Source of the DNA: Blasia pusilla | Taxonomy: Eukaryota | NCBI GenBank assembly: GCA_050084515.1 | Contig: CM114271.1 | Location: 6,386,001-6,450,000 of the forward strand | Reading direction: 5' to 3' | DNA: 64,000 bases | In this document: positions 28,079 to 40,155 of the stretch, one piece after another | How positions within the stretch are numbered: the stretch's first letter is position 1 | How the letters are laid out: each line of letters begins with the position of its first letter | The notes under the pieces: generated by a model | What the model was told of the DNA's origin: nothing | Database searches by the model: none | What the model saw: only the letters and a program-made list of their open reading frames with translations | Program-made: the position numbers and the translations under genes

Positions 28079-31000
28079 ATGGCTTTCGCGCTCATCAGAT
28101 CGGCTGCGCGTGTGGTGAGGGAGAAAGGGCTCATGGGAGCTCTGAAGGAAGCGAAGAGCTCGGGATATTTGTAAGTTAGTCGTCCTGCTTTGAATCAAAT
28201 CTTTGCAGTTGCGCAGTCCTTCGATTTCGAGTCTGCGGTCCAAGTCGGTTTAGGTGTTCTTCCTGGCGCGGAGATTGTTGCTGGATCGCAATGTGCGATC
28301 CCCATACCATACCACTCCCCTCCCTCTTCCCCGGCCCGCGCAATTCCGAGCAATGTCAACCCTAGTCCTTTTGCCCGTGCCGATCCAACGTGGGAGCTTG
28401 GGAGGGCATGTGGAGAATTAGCTCTAGGGGATGACGGATATGAGGAAAATCGATATGGCTACTATCTTGGCGAGTGGGCTTGCTCTGAGAGGACCAGAGG
28501 CACCTCGGAGTTTTTGAATGTCAGGAGAATGACTTGGAGAAAATCGGTTCAGTGCAATTTTGGGAGCTGATCAGGAGGGAAGTACAAATGGTCGAGGTGA
28601 CCACGGATGTAATGTGGACTGCATTGGTCTTTCCGAGCGAGTAATGGCGGATGGGCTTAACATCAGAGAGACAGTGGTACCTCAAGAATTTGAGCAATTA
28701 GGAGGACGAATTGTAGAGAATTGGTTCGAGGCTGGAAGTATGTTATCATCGATCGGAATTTACTTCCCTGACTCTCTCCATCCCATCAGCCCTTCCACCA
28801 GAGGATCCAATCGTGTACAGTCTAGTTTGGGGAAGGGCCTTCGGTATGGTGAACATGTGTGAGTGGTATGTGGCTTCAAGACATTGGTCTAGTACTTACA
28901 GGACTTGGGAATGGGGGCTTACTTGAGGTTTACCGAGCAACCTATGGATGGCCGGGGAATTTCAAGTGCTGACGGAGCCAGAGACATTTGCAAAGATGTG
29001 GTCCAAAGAGTGGATTCAAAATATATCACCACTAGTCACCAAGGGCTTGGAGAGTTGAAGTCGGACTCTTTTCCAAAAGTTCTTCTGTCTCTCGTCTAGA
29101 GAGAAAGTCGTGTGCGCTTTGTTAGCTCTGGTGACTTTGTGGTTTTTATGTCTGAAAGTGGTCGATGTTTGGATTAAGCTCCCGATGATCGTGGACACAT
29201 GCTTCCTTGCTTTTACTGATTATGGACATGTGTGCTAGTAAATCTGAAACTTGTCTATTGCAAGTATAGTGCAAGCATCACTCTCTCAATGCAGTTACGT
29301 CTTCATGTGGGACTTAGGACACGTTGAACTATCAGGTGGAAGTAGTGGCTGTCTTGGGTTCTCGAGGCTGGAGGTTAGTGAAGGATTTTCAAATCGCAGA
29401 TGTGCATCAAGTTGACTGTGGGATGGCCTTTGCGTATCCTTTTCATGACAGAGATCACCTTACTATCTCCAAGCACAGTGTCACAACGGATAATTTTTGC
29501 AATCAGATTTTGCTGCTCTTCGTATGCCCTTAATACCATGAAATATGAGGCTCGTGTTTGTCTACCTACCATTCTATCTGCCAATTTACAGTAGGCAAGA
29601 TGATCTCTCGCTCAGGGTGTATGTATATAGCAAGTGCCTGTATTAACCTAACCATTCCACACCACCCTGACGACTGAGCCCTTCTGGCAGCTGTATTGAT
29701 CTGGCCTTCCCCTGCATTATTCTTCTTTTGTCAGCTATCCAGAGTCTGTTTCTACTTGATCTTTGAACGCTTAGCTACGAAACTTTCTGTTGTTCCATTT
29801 TGCAGTGTATGTTTGCTGTCTAGATCTGGCTAACTTTGCAACTCGTATCTGTGTTTTAGTGTGGTTACAGTCGATTTCACCTGCACTGACTGGACTCATA
29901 AACTTCAATTCTAATCCTTGTCTTTGGTGGATGCTTGCAGGCGTGTCCTTCTGGATGGAAATCTTGCGTAAGTATCTTGGTGTCCTCCTGGAGCCCTCTG
30001 GGCCGCTTTTGAAGGTTTTCTTATCTGCTAGCGCTACTGGGCATGGTGCTTGTGTCTTTCAATGCCTTCAGTATTTCAATGAAAAGGAGAAATAGTCTTA
30101 ATGAAGAGGATGCTAATCAGTGTTCTGGTTCTGGAGTACTCTTGTAATGGGTGATTTGGTGATGCAGTAACTCAAAGTTGCGACTTGATGGGGTAACACT
30201 GGTGGGTGTTGATAAAGCTGGGAATTGCTACTACGAGAAGATGGCCAATACCCAATATGGTTGGTGTATTTATATAGATATTTTTAATAGAGTAATACTT
30301 TAAAAGGAGATGATTGGAGAGAGTGTATGAGATGAGGAGCTGAGCTAGTAGATCCTATTTATCAGCGTTATGAAATTCGTGGTCATCCTCCCTAGCTTCT
30401 CTTCCATTGAGTGGTCCCTAGGATCCCAACCCAATCAATAACACAATGAGAGCAGTAATCACTTAATGAAGTTAAGATGTTCTCCATGCTGGATAACTAC
30501 CAGGCTCATTTTGATTGACTATTAACAAAGCTTGAAAGTTAAGGATCCCCAGTTGAGCTTGTTTATGTCTCATTCAAGTGAAGTGGAAGTTTGGGAATGC
30601 AGTTTCTCATGTCGGTTTTGTTTGTTTGAATCAGGAAGACACAGGTGGGTAGTTTATGCAGACAGGGAGTACAACGCATCTTCTGTTCCACCTGAATGGC
30701 ATGGTTGGTTACACCACATTACAGATCGCACACCTGAGCAGGTGAGGTCTTCGGTTGTCAGGCCATTTTACCTTTTCTGAAACCGTGCTTTGGCTGTTGG
30801 TTTGTGCATTAGATTGTTTAAAGTAAGTATTAACATGTTTTCCAACTTGCTGTTTTTGCAAACAAATAGAAAAAAAAGGTTTTTTAGTTTTTTGGTAAAT
30901 GAACCTGGTCAGTTGAGGACAACAGCCCTGGAGCAGGTGTTGTCCCTAGTACATTGGGCAGCTCTGTAGTAAAAAACTGATAACCCATTATGATTGGGCT

Positions 31001-31626
31001 CATCCAGAGATAGTTTCATCCTAAAAGATGTCATGGACAGAGTTATGCCTGTCATAGCCTTGCAATCAGAGACCTGGAAGAATGACAATGATTGACCTAT
31101 TTCTCATTGATGCACGTAGATCGAGGGTCCCTGGAAGGTAGTCACATAAGCTGTTTTGATTGAATTGTGGTTCTTATCACTCCTATTGAGTGGTTGGAAG
31201 AGTCTTCGGATGTCCTCTAACATTTGGTATCAAACTTTGGAATTATGTCGCCTTGGCACATACTTGCTGAGGCTGAATATTTCCACGGCATACAAATGCT
31301 GGCTTAGGTTGGGTGAGAAGAAATTTCTGGAAAGTTTTCTGTTAAGCTAGGTGCTGACAGAGAACTTTGTGAGGGCTATGTCTTGCTGTGGATATTGTGA
31401 ATGTCTCAAAAGTGCTCAAACTGTCAGAGAATGAAAGACTGATATCTGTTTCCTATTGCTGCCAATTCAACAGCTGGAAGCCCTGAAGCCCAGCAGGTAT
31501 GGAGTTGAGCACAAGAAGAATAGAACAGGTGAAGGAGAGGAGTATATTTATCATGCCAAGGGTCATGCTCTGAATCCAAATCAATGCAATTGGAAGCGGT
31601 ATGAGCCATGGAGTGGCAGCAAGTGA
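28079..31626 (+). CDS. NDUFA12: NADH dehydrogenase [ubiquinone] 1 alpha subcomplex subunit 12 (B17.2). Exons 28079-28170, 29941-29967, 30168-30259, 30635-30741, 31474-31626
   Basis: Spliced [23 protein letters not shown]...LLDGNL...[15 protein letters not shown]...[29 protein letters not shown]...[35 protein letters not shown] matches plant B17.2. All introns are GT-AG and in phase. Confidence 0.95.
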
Positions 31627-34231
31627 GCAAGATATCATACCACACTTTTTTTTTGGAACTCTCATGTGTTGAAGGTTCCGTATCCATCTTGTCTATGTAT
31701 CTCTCTGGTGTCATGGTTGATTTTCCATCAATAAGGTTGAAAACGGCGTAGGCGACCTCTACAACTTCGGAGTGTCGCCACTGGTGAATAATGGGTCAGA
31801 GCACCAAGTACGGGTCTTTCTGGATTGACAATTGGAGCCATCGTATATGTCATCAAACATTTCTATGAATCACTTCAGCTTAGCTGCAGGGTGATTGTGA
31901 CTTAGAAAAAAATGTATTACCTTGAAATTTATTGCAAGGAAAGAATCTTTAGGCAATCCAAAGTAGATATCATACATTGAGGGTTCCTCAACCATCTTGT
32001 CGAAAGTTTTTTCAACAATTTTCTTGTGGTTGGACTTCAAGTTTGTCCAAAACAGTTAACTTATCTGTACTCTGAGCCTCTTCAGTTCTTCCTCAGTGAT
32101 CTACGAGCTGCCTCTTGGGTATGGGTGAAGATGTGGTCATTGGGAACGCTAATTGGAGTGTGCCAATTGGATGGTGACATCAATCTACTCTCCTACACTA
32201 GGAATTAACCAGAATAGTCCATACAAATTGCTGCCATTCTCCATCTTTGAGTCTGTCAAGTGTACAAATTACCGGACAGGATTCCTTGAAAGTGATCTCT
32301 GAGAGATCTTGTATGTAGCAGGATCACTTGCCGTTGGGGGTTTTGGTGTAATCTGTCGGAGATCCTGTCACATGAGTAATAGGTATACATGTGTTGTGGT
32401 CTGTATTGAAAACAATGTTCAGCTACGTTTTACTCTCCTGAATGCGTCTGGCATCATGATAGCCTACCCTAGAATGAGTGCTGTCCTTATTTAGTAAGTA
32501 AAATCGCTCATAGGATGACCATGAAAAGCAGTGGAGGATGAAGCAGCACCATATGTGGAACATTAAGTTTGTTCAAGAAGCGTTTGACCAATCGTAACAA
32601 TGGCTCATCTCAATGGAGAGGTTGACGATTAACCTGCGTTTTTTAAGTTCGCTCACGTCAAAATGGACGATTCTGTCTTCTTGAATGCTGTTGCCACATG
32701 GAGTCCTTTGAGTCCAGACACTAGACATTTCAGATTTATTTTCACCATTCAGTTCCATTGGAAATGCAATCCTCAGTCCTTACTGCAGTCCTGAGGCTCA
32801 GATATTTTTGATCAATTTTTTCCTACTCATGATACCTGGAACCAAGATGTGAGACTGTAGTTGAATATCTGATCATCACTTCGCCTCTGGTTTTCACACA
32901 AGATGCACACAAAATAAAGAAGGTAAGGAATGTGCCTACTGGTAACAGACATGGAGGTGTCGCACACTGATTTGTAGCTCATGATTCTAATCTTGGTGGG
33001 TATGGTTGAAACTTTCCATTCTCGTGAAAGTGGGATAATAAGCGTGTGTGCAAGGAAACATTGGTTCTGACTACGGCTTTAGCTGTAAGTTCCTCCCTGT
33101 ACATATCAGTGGGTTCTACGTTCTGGATCGCACTCCTACGAACTAACAAAGTGTTATGGAAGAAATTTGAAGTCAATATGCATGCAAAATAGTGGGGTGT
33201 GACTTTGTCAAAAACCTAAACCGCCAAGTTATAATGGGTATCACCACGTGAGACGAAATTGCAGCATGTTTGAATTCATCCAAGATAAAATAAGAAAATG
33301 TTTGAATTCTTATTAGATGCGTAGAGAAAATGACTTTGAATGGAAGAGGAAGATGTTTTTATTAATTAATGATTAAATTCATTTACACTATAATGATTGA
33401 GGCAAAGTATAAAATAATGCGAAATAATGGGACAAGAATTTGGAATTTGGTTTTTAATTCTTATTTGATGGGCAAAGAAAATGAATTTTATTGGGGAAGG
33501 AATAGATATTATTTAAATTTTATGAAAAGGTGAAATTATTTAGGGGAGTAGAGAATCATTTAAATTTTAATTGAGAAATGGAATTACTTAGAAGAGTGGA
33601 ATGTTATTACTCTTCTAAAAATAAAAAATAAAAAATAGATTAAAATTTTGAAATATATAATATTAAAATTTAAAAATGATCATATTCATTAATATTTGAT
33701 ATTTTGGGAAAGGAAAATGAATATAAATGGAAAATGGGAATGGTTTCATTAATTAAAAGTGCATGTTATTGTAGGGGGTAGAGTGGAAGGGAAAGAGTAG
33801 GTATTGTTTAAACTTTTAAGGAGGAATGAAATTATTTAAGGAAGTTGGATATTATTTTAAATAATATCTCTTTTCCCTAATAATTAGAGGTAAAATTCTT
33901 TTAAAAATCACACGCTATTATTATTTTAAGATTTTAAAAATTAGAAATTATACTTATATTTCGAAATGAAAATAATTAAAAAATTATTTTTGTACTCAAA
34001 GCTCAACATGCTAATTAATCTCTTATAATAAGAGATCTAGCAATCAACCAAAATTTGCTAGTAGAGTGCTGCATTTTACTTGTATAAATGCTTGCATTTA
34101 TATATGATATCCCGTTAAACCAATTTCATTCTTACAATATTTGGTTCTTAACATGAAAGACTTATAAATTCGTCCAAAGGGATGATGTATTTCACGAAGA
34201 AACCCTAACGGCATATGTTCAATTAATGATA

Positions 34232-34391
34232 CTAGTATAGAGTGATGTAAGGGACTAAAATGTTGGCCACAAATTCAATTTTTTTTCTTGCTGCCTATAT
34301 TATGGGAAACATTTTCTTGCTACCCAGTCACCGCGTGTCAAGTATACGGGTGTTTGCAAATCAACAAGGCACTCTCCAATAATAATATAGA
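34232..34391 (-). mobile_element. Non-autonomous mini-Helitron copy inserted at an AT dinucleotide
   Basis: Minus strand reads A|TCTATATTATTATTGGAGAGTGCCTTGTTGATTTGCAAACACC...TATACTAG|T. Confidence 0.7.
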
Positions 34392-34519
34392 TGTTTCATG
34401 GGAACGATTTAGTTGAGTGGCGATGTGTCTACTCTACCGTAAAGGCCTTATTGAATGATTTTCCTCGCACATCGTCGTGTGAGATATCATGAGGAATTTC
34501 TTCTTAGATTTGCAAACAC

Positions 34520-35900
34520 CCTTTTAAGAGTCTAAACCCCCCCCATCATAATGAAGTCATCTTTTATGGCCAACTTTATGAACCTTTGGGTCCATAAAAG
34601 TGTTTGCATGATGTCCTCTTTTGCATAGGTGTTATAGCTTTCTTTCTTCCATTCTTCGCTAGACCTCTTATATGGGTCATCTACCCCATAGACTAGTCGG
34701 CCTAGCCGTTTATGTATCATCAAAATTTGAAAGAGAGAAACACATAAATAAAAGGGTCAAACTCCAACTAAATATCTTCCTATGAGATCATGGGAATGGG
34801 TAACAAAAGGGTCCTATTGAATATAATTCGGTCCATAAGCCGTGATGTGCAACAAATCCTTCCATCAAAGCTCTTTGGCCATTTCATGGGCTACATATGC
34901 TTCCAGTTGCCATCTCGAATAATCCCAATAATGGAATCGCCATAACTTCCTGGGAAACTAGAAGACAAGAAAACAAGATTCCCTTGCCTTTGACTTGAGT
35001 AAAAAGACATATTGGAAAGGGGAAGGAATCTCCCAAGAGTTGGTAGCAGCTCTCGTGGTGCTTTGACACGCTCTACATAAAAAGCAGGCCATGGCTATAA
35101 ATAACATGCGATTTCTACGAAGGAAAAGGGGATGACCAAATTTGATAGATCTAATCCACTTTATTCTAATAACCAACCTCAACAGTTTGTGAGATTTTCT
35201 TCCCAAACCATGTAATGCCCACACGTAAAGATTTCTGACCCATGTCTTAAAGCATTCGGTTTTATTTAATCGCTTAAAACCCATTTTAAAGATCGTGATC
35301 AAAACATACTCTTAAAATAGTCAATCATGCAAGATAAAAAAACCCCAAAGGGGATTTGTGCATGAGGAGGTTATCTATAAGATGTCAAAGTCCCATTTTT
35401 GTCATGTTGAACGAGTGACTAGAGATCGTTACAAATGAAAGTATTATAAATATTGATTTTGGAAAAAAAAGAAGTTCCTATGGAATTAAACTTCAACTAA
35501 CAATCATGAATAAAGAAAACCCTTAGAAAATTTCGACACATCACAACTTTGCACTTACTCTTACACCTTGTAGGAGTGGAACGCGTTATGCACTAGCTTA
35601 GTATCGGAATTCTTCAATGGACATTATCCAGTTTTTATGCTCGAGAATTGTTGCTCGAATGCATTAGATGCTTATCGCAAGAGTGGAGAACTTGGAGGTA
35701 AATTCCAAGGCATACAGTGCTCCATTTGATGTATTCACAACTTGAAGAATTATGGATTTTTTTTGGAATCTAGTGCTATGGATTGCCTAATGACAACCTT
35801 CATGCTACCCCACAACATCTATGGCAATGTACCTCATTTTGGGATCCACCTTGAGAGGAAATTGCTGAAGAGGTAGATTATTGTGGAAACACTCCTAATC
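34520..35900 (-). mobile_element. Highly decayed DNA-transposon remnant, possibly MULE-like
   Basis: Broken frames contain a SWIM-like segment (GHPLFLRRNRMLFIAMAC) followed by a knuckle-like HLCKRGHHANT. Weak, by eye only. Confidence 0.35.
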
Positions 35901-35940
35901 CCACATACCTCCACAAGAAAGAAAAAATTATTTAGTTAAA

Positions 35941-36118
35941 CTAGCCAGTGCCGTGCTATAAGCATCAGCTAGTTTTTTTCTTTCTTTTATCTCTCTTTAA
36001 TTCAACTCCCCCTCTCAAAGTGACATATGTGGACACCATAGGAGCGCTTAGAGGACATGTGTCAGCACTTGACCTGAGGAGGGTTTCCTCAAACCCTGTC
36101 CTCTTTTAATTATATAGG
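35941..36118 (-). mobile_element. Possible short non-autonomous Helitron (different family)
   Basis: Plus strand reads A|CTAG...CCGTGCT-ATA-AGCAT (imperfect subterminal hairpin) ... TTTTAATTATATAGG|T. The terminal GA expected for a TC start is GG. Confidence 0.4.
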
Positions 36119-36464
36119 TTCCGAATTCTTTTTATTTTGCTTTCATTCCGATGAACAAATAAATCCCACTCTTCAAACTTAACTTCTATTTTTTTTTACC
36201 ATTTTTTCAATACACCCTTACTAGTGGCCCATAAATTGTGTTTTCGAGGAGCTAAATAGATGATAGCTGTAACTATACTAATTTTATACATTCCCTATGA
36301 TAGCTACATAGGGAATGTATAAAATGCATGTCATAAAATTAATATAAGTAGCATTTTATTCCCACAAATTGCTCTCCATTTAAGACTTTCCTTTTTCATT
36401 CCAGGTTAAAATTCTCTTAAGTAAAATTTTACAAGAAAGAAAGAAATAATATTAAAAAAAGATT

Positions 36465-36552
36465 TTATTTAAGGGTCGATCAGATTTTTCCTATTAAGGA
36501 AAAGTCTGATCGACCCTTAAATAATAGGAAAAATCTGATCGACCCCTAAATA
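36465..36552. repeat. 28-30 bp unit present three times (one inverted, two direct)
   Basis: TTATTTAAGGGTCGATCAGATTTTTCCT / AGGAAAAGTCTGATCGACCCTTAAATAA / AATAGGAAAAATCTGATCGACCCCTAAATA. Confidence 0.95.
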
Positions 36553-37465
36553 GGTACTGTGTGTAGAATAACTTAAGGAATATCTGGCACGACTTGAGCG
36601 TCTCCTTCGCTCTACGTGAAAACGCGACGCGTGTCTCGGCGCAGCTCTCTCAAGGACGCCTCCGAACGTCATCTGCATGTCCGCGAATTGCGATGTGGAT
36701 GTTCTACGTCCGTGATTTGCCTGACCGAGTCACGGCCAAATTGGCCGGTTCTCCAGATTCGGGGGAGAATTCTCACCGCTGTATCTGGAGAATAGGCCAG
36801 TTTGGCACGGACTTAGTGGAGGCCATGTCCTAGGCGAAGTTTCAGTTCTGGCGCCACGAAATTGGATTTAAATGCGCCCAGAAATAAACGGTTTAATTTT
36901 CTTGGGTTTCCCATTGAGGTATTGTTGTTCTCCACTTTTTGAGTCACTCATTTCTTGCATCTTTTTTTATTCAAGTTTTTTTAATTTGTTTTTTGAGAGA
37001 AGAATGCAATTGTTGCCATACTGGTTGTTTGAGGTATCCTAGTCTTTTTGTTGGTAGATATCCACGTTTGATTGCATTTAATTTTGTTCATATCTTGAGT
37101 GTTCATGTCGGTCCCTTCGCTTTGGGATGTGTTTTGATAGTTGTGATCCATGTACAAATCTTGTGATGCTCTCCATGTTTTTGTTTCTCAATGCCCTCCT
37201 TTTTCTGTCGCGTGTTCATACTCGGATCCGTGTCCATATTTTCTTCTTGGGAATGCTCCATCCATGTGTGTGATCTTCTTCATTTTTGCTAGTGGTAGCT
37301 AGTTTGGGGTTGACTGAGTTTATGGTGGGGACCAAATGACTCTGCACGCATAGTCATTTCATGTAACTATGTGTGAATAAAATATTTAATAGCCTTCTCT
37401 ATGTTCTAATTTAAAAAAATAGGATTACTTATCTAGTATTAAATAATTGAGATCTCATAATAGGC

Positions 37466-37829
37466 AAGGTTGCAAAGAAACGGACAAGCCCAATGGGTCC
37501 CCTGCCTGCACCCGAGCCCGTAATGTAGACCCGAGTTTGGCCAGCCCGCAACCATTTTGTAACCGGCATGAAGCCCACATGGCAGGTTGGGACCCCATGG
37601 GACAGGCTCACGCCCACTCAGGGCCCGCGAGCTGAGCTTGCCATGGCCCGCCCATCCTACAAGTCTATGGCTGAGCCTGCCATGGCTTGCCTCGCAGACC
37701 TGCAGTGGGCTAAAAAATGGGTGCGGGCTAGCCGAGCCCGGGTCTACCTTACGGGCTTAAGGGTGGGCCACGGGTACTCGGGCCCACACAAACTTGTCCG
37801 TGGACACAAATTTTTTTCGCGTGCACCTT
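37466..37829. mobile_element. GC-rich fold-back MITE-like element
   Basis: Long imperfect inverted arms: AGCCCGTAATGTAGACCCGAGTTTGGCCAGCCCGCAACCATTTT versus AAAATGGGTGCGGGCTAGCCGAGCCCGGGTCTACCTTACGGGCT. Ends are AAGGTTGCA / TGCACCTT, in an AT-rich context. Confidence 0.7.
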
Positions 37830-38559
37830 ATTAATAGGATGATGAGATGTCTTTTGCCTTTCCTATATAAATTTTTTGTACACATTGATAATGTGACTTC
37901 CATATTATTATTACTATTATTAGGTTTTAGACAATGTAAATTTTTCATTGGATGCCATGAGTCCTTTTTTACATTTTTGCTTCCTAAGCACACACTAGGC
38001 TGAATATATGTTCTTTGTCTTGTGGAGAAGGCCTATTTAGCTTCTCCTCTCTAGAGTGAGGGTAGGACTCCTTCTAACTTCCTTTCCTCTTTCTCTCTTT
38101 CAGCTTCTTCAATTGTCCCCTCCTTCCTTTTCCACTTCTATGGTGTATTTCCATCCCTCCATAGAGGATAGGAATGGAGATGGAAGGACAAAGATTAACC
38201 TTTCTCTCTCCTATTCATCCCTCTAGAGAGTGATGTGGATGGTCAATCCTCTTGTGTTTTGGAGGAAATAAGAGGATTCTCCGCATAGTGTCAATTCCTC
38301 TTCTCCGATAGTCTCATGTTTTGCTATATCATCTCCCCTCCCATATTGAAAATTTTCCTTATTTTTCCTTCCCTCTCATATTGAAATTTAACACTAAAAC
38401 AGAAATAAGTTATAAAACCCTATTGAAAATTAAATATAGAAAGGCCACGTGTGGATTCCTCCTTCATTGAAACTTGTACGAACATTTCTATGACACGGAA
38501 AAGAAAAAAACATATTCTCGTAATATGATTAGTTAGGATTAGTTGACACCACATAGGCG

Positions 38560-40155
38560 GAAAGAATAGGGTGGACTCGCGTGTGGAACTTGTGGACGGA
38601 AGCCCACAAGTTCACGCGGTGCATGATGACGTTCATACTCTGAGCGACGTGCTGGGATCAGATTCCCCCTTCGGCCAGAGAACGTCTTCGCTGGACCACC
38701 TGCGTTGGCTGATCGACGTCTGTCCAGCTACCGCTGTTGGTTCCAGGTTTGCGGGAGCGGGTCCCCACGCAGTAGTCTTCTGCCGGTCTCGCACTACAGG
38801 GAAGTGGGTCCCGCCCGGAACATCTCCACCCGAAGCTTTTAAGCTCTGGGCTGGCGGCCGCGCATCATTAAAACTCACTGTTTGGACGAGGATTCTGTAC
38901 GCTCGCTCGCTCGGCTTTGAGAGAGAGAGAGAGAGAGATGATGCAGACAGAGGAACTGAGAATTGGAAAAGAATTGGACAAATGCTGAGCTGATCGTCAT
39001 AATCAGCGTCGTCTGCTGACCGATTCTTATGAGACAGAGACGATGCGCGTGCTTTAAGAGAAGAGGAGCAAAGGGAGTTAGTTCATCACGAGGTGAGCTC
39101 AGGTGGGAATCGATCTTGGCTGGCTGCACTCGGACGATTCCCAGCGATGGTGCTGGTTGCAGAATGGATCCTATAGGCTTGAACCACTCTTGAGAAACAA
39201 AAAAAACGCCCTCACGCCACACTGCTTCTGGAGGGACGCCAAGTCGTGATAGAAGCTGACAGAGTGTCGTTGAAATATCATAGCTTGCAACCACACCTTT
39301 GTTGTTGTAGTCAACCCCGAGACCAATTTCTGAAAAGTCTGTCCAGCAATCGCCTGCTTTTCTACTCATGACTAGATCTACTTGCTCGCGAAAAATTGGA
39401 CCAGCTCACCTGCCATTCTGCTGCATTCAGCGATGCGGATCGCAGGTCGTTGAAATAGAGGAACGCAAGCTGTGTGTGTACGTAAGTAAGCACACTGTCA
39501 TTGCCAGGTCCTCTGAAAAGCGGTGGGATTGTTTGCATCCTTCTAACAGGAGCGCCAATTCTGCTGCGAATTCAGGCGGTGGTGCTGTGTTTGCCTCCGT
39601 GTGACAGACACTCTTAGCTCTGGAGCTTCCTCCTCGGTGAGCTAGTAACTTCCATAGCAGTTTTGTAAATGAGTAGACGGAATCTCCGTTCCAGGTCAGG
39701 TGCACTAACTAAGCGTGGTCGGTCGCATTCAGAGTGGGGCCACACTGGTCCCAAGACAAGCACGGAGGTGCTGGCAGTTTCGCAGATGGACTCGAGAGCT
39801 TGGATTTTGTGTCTGGCATCGGGTGGACATTCTCGGCCTTGGAATTTCAGAGTAGCTAATCGTAGTTGGAGTAGGTAAATTCTTACCTCTGTGATCGAGA
39901 TCCAGAGACAATTTGTAGGCCATGTCCACCTTTCAGCTGGTTTGGATTGGCCAGTGTAATCCATCAGGTGTCAAACGATGCACCATCCTGTGCCTTGTGA
40001 GTTTTCTCGAGGTGTCTATTCTACTCAGACGATTGACGATGGTGGTCCCTTGAGCTGACCTGTTTTCGAATTTTCACGACTTCTGAAATTTCCGCACCGT
40101 GATGACGCAGGATTTCATGCCACCGGCTCGCCTTGGTCTCCGGTGAAACTCCACA
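38560..40155 (+). promoter_or_regulatory. Ureide permease promoter and spliced 5' leader
   Basis: CpG-rich region with (GCTC)n and (GA)n at ~38900-38938, several candidate splice sites, and an acceptor GACGCAG|GA at 40110 just before the ATG. Confidence 0.5.
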
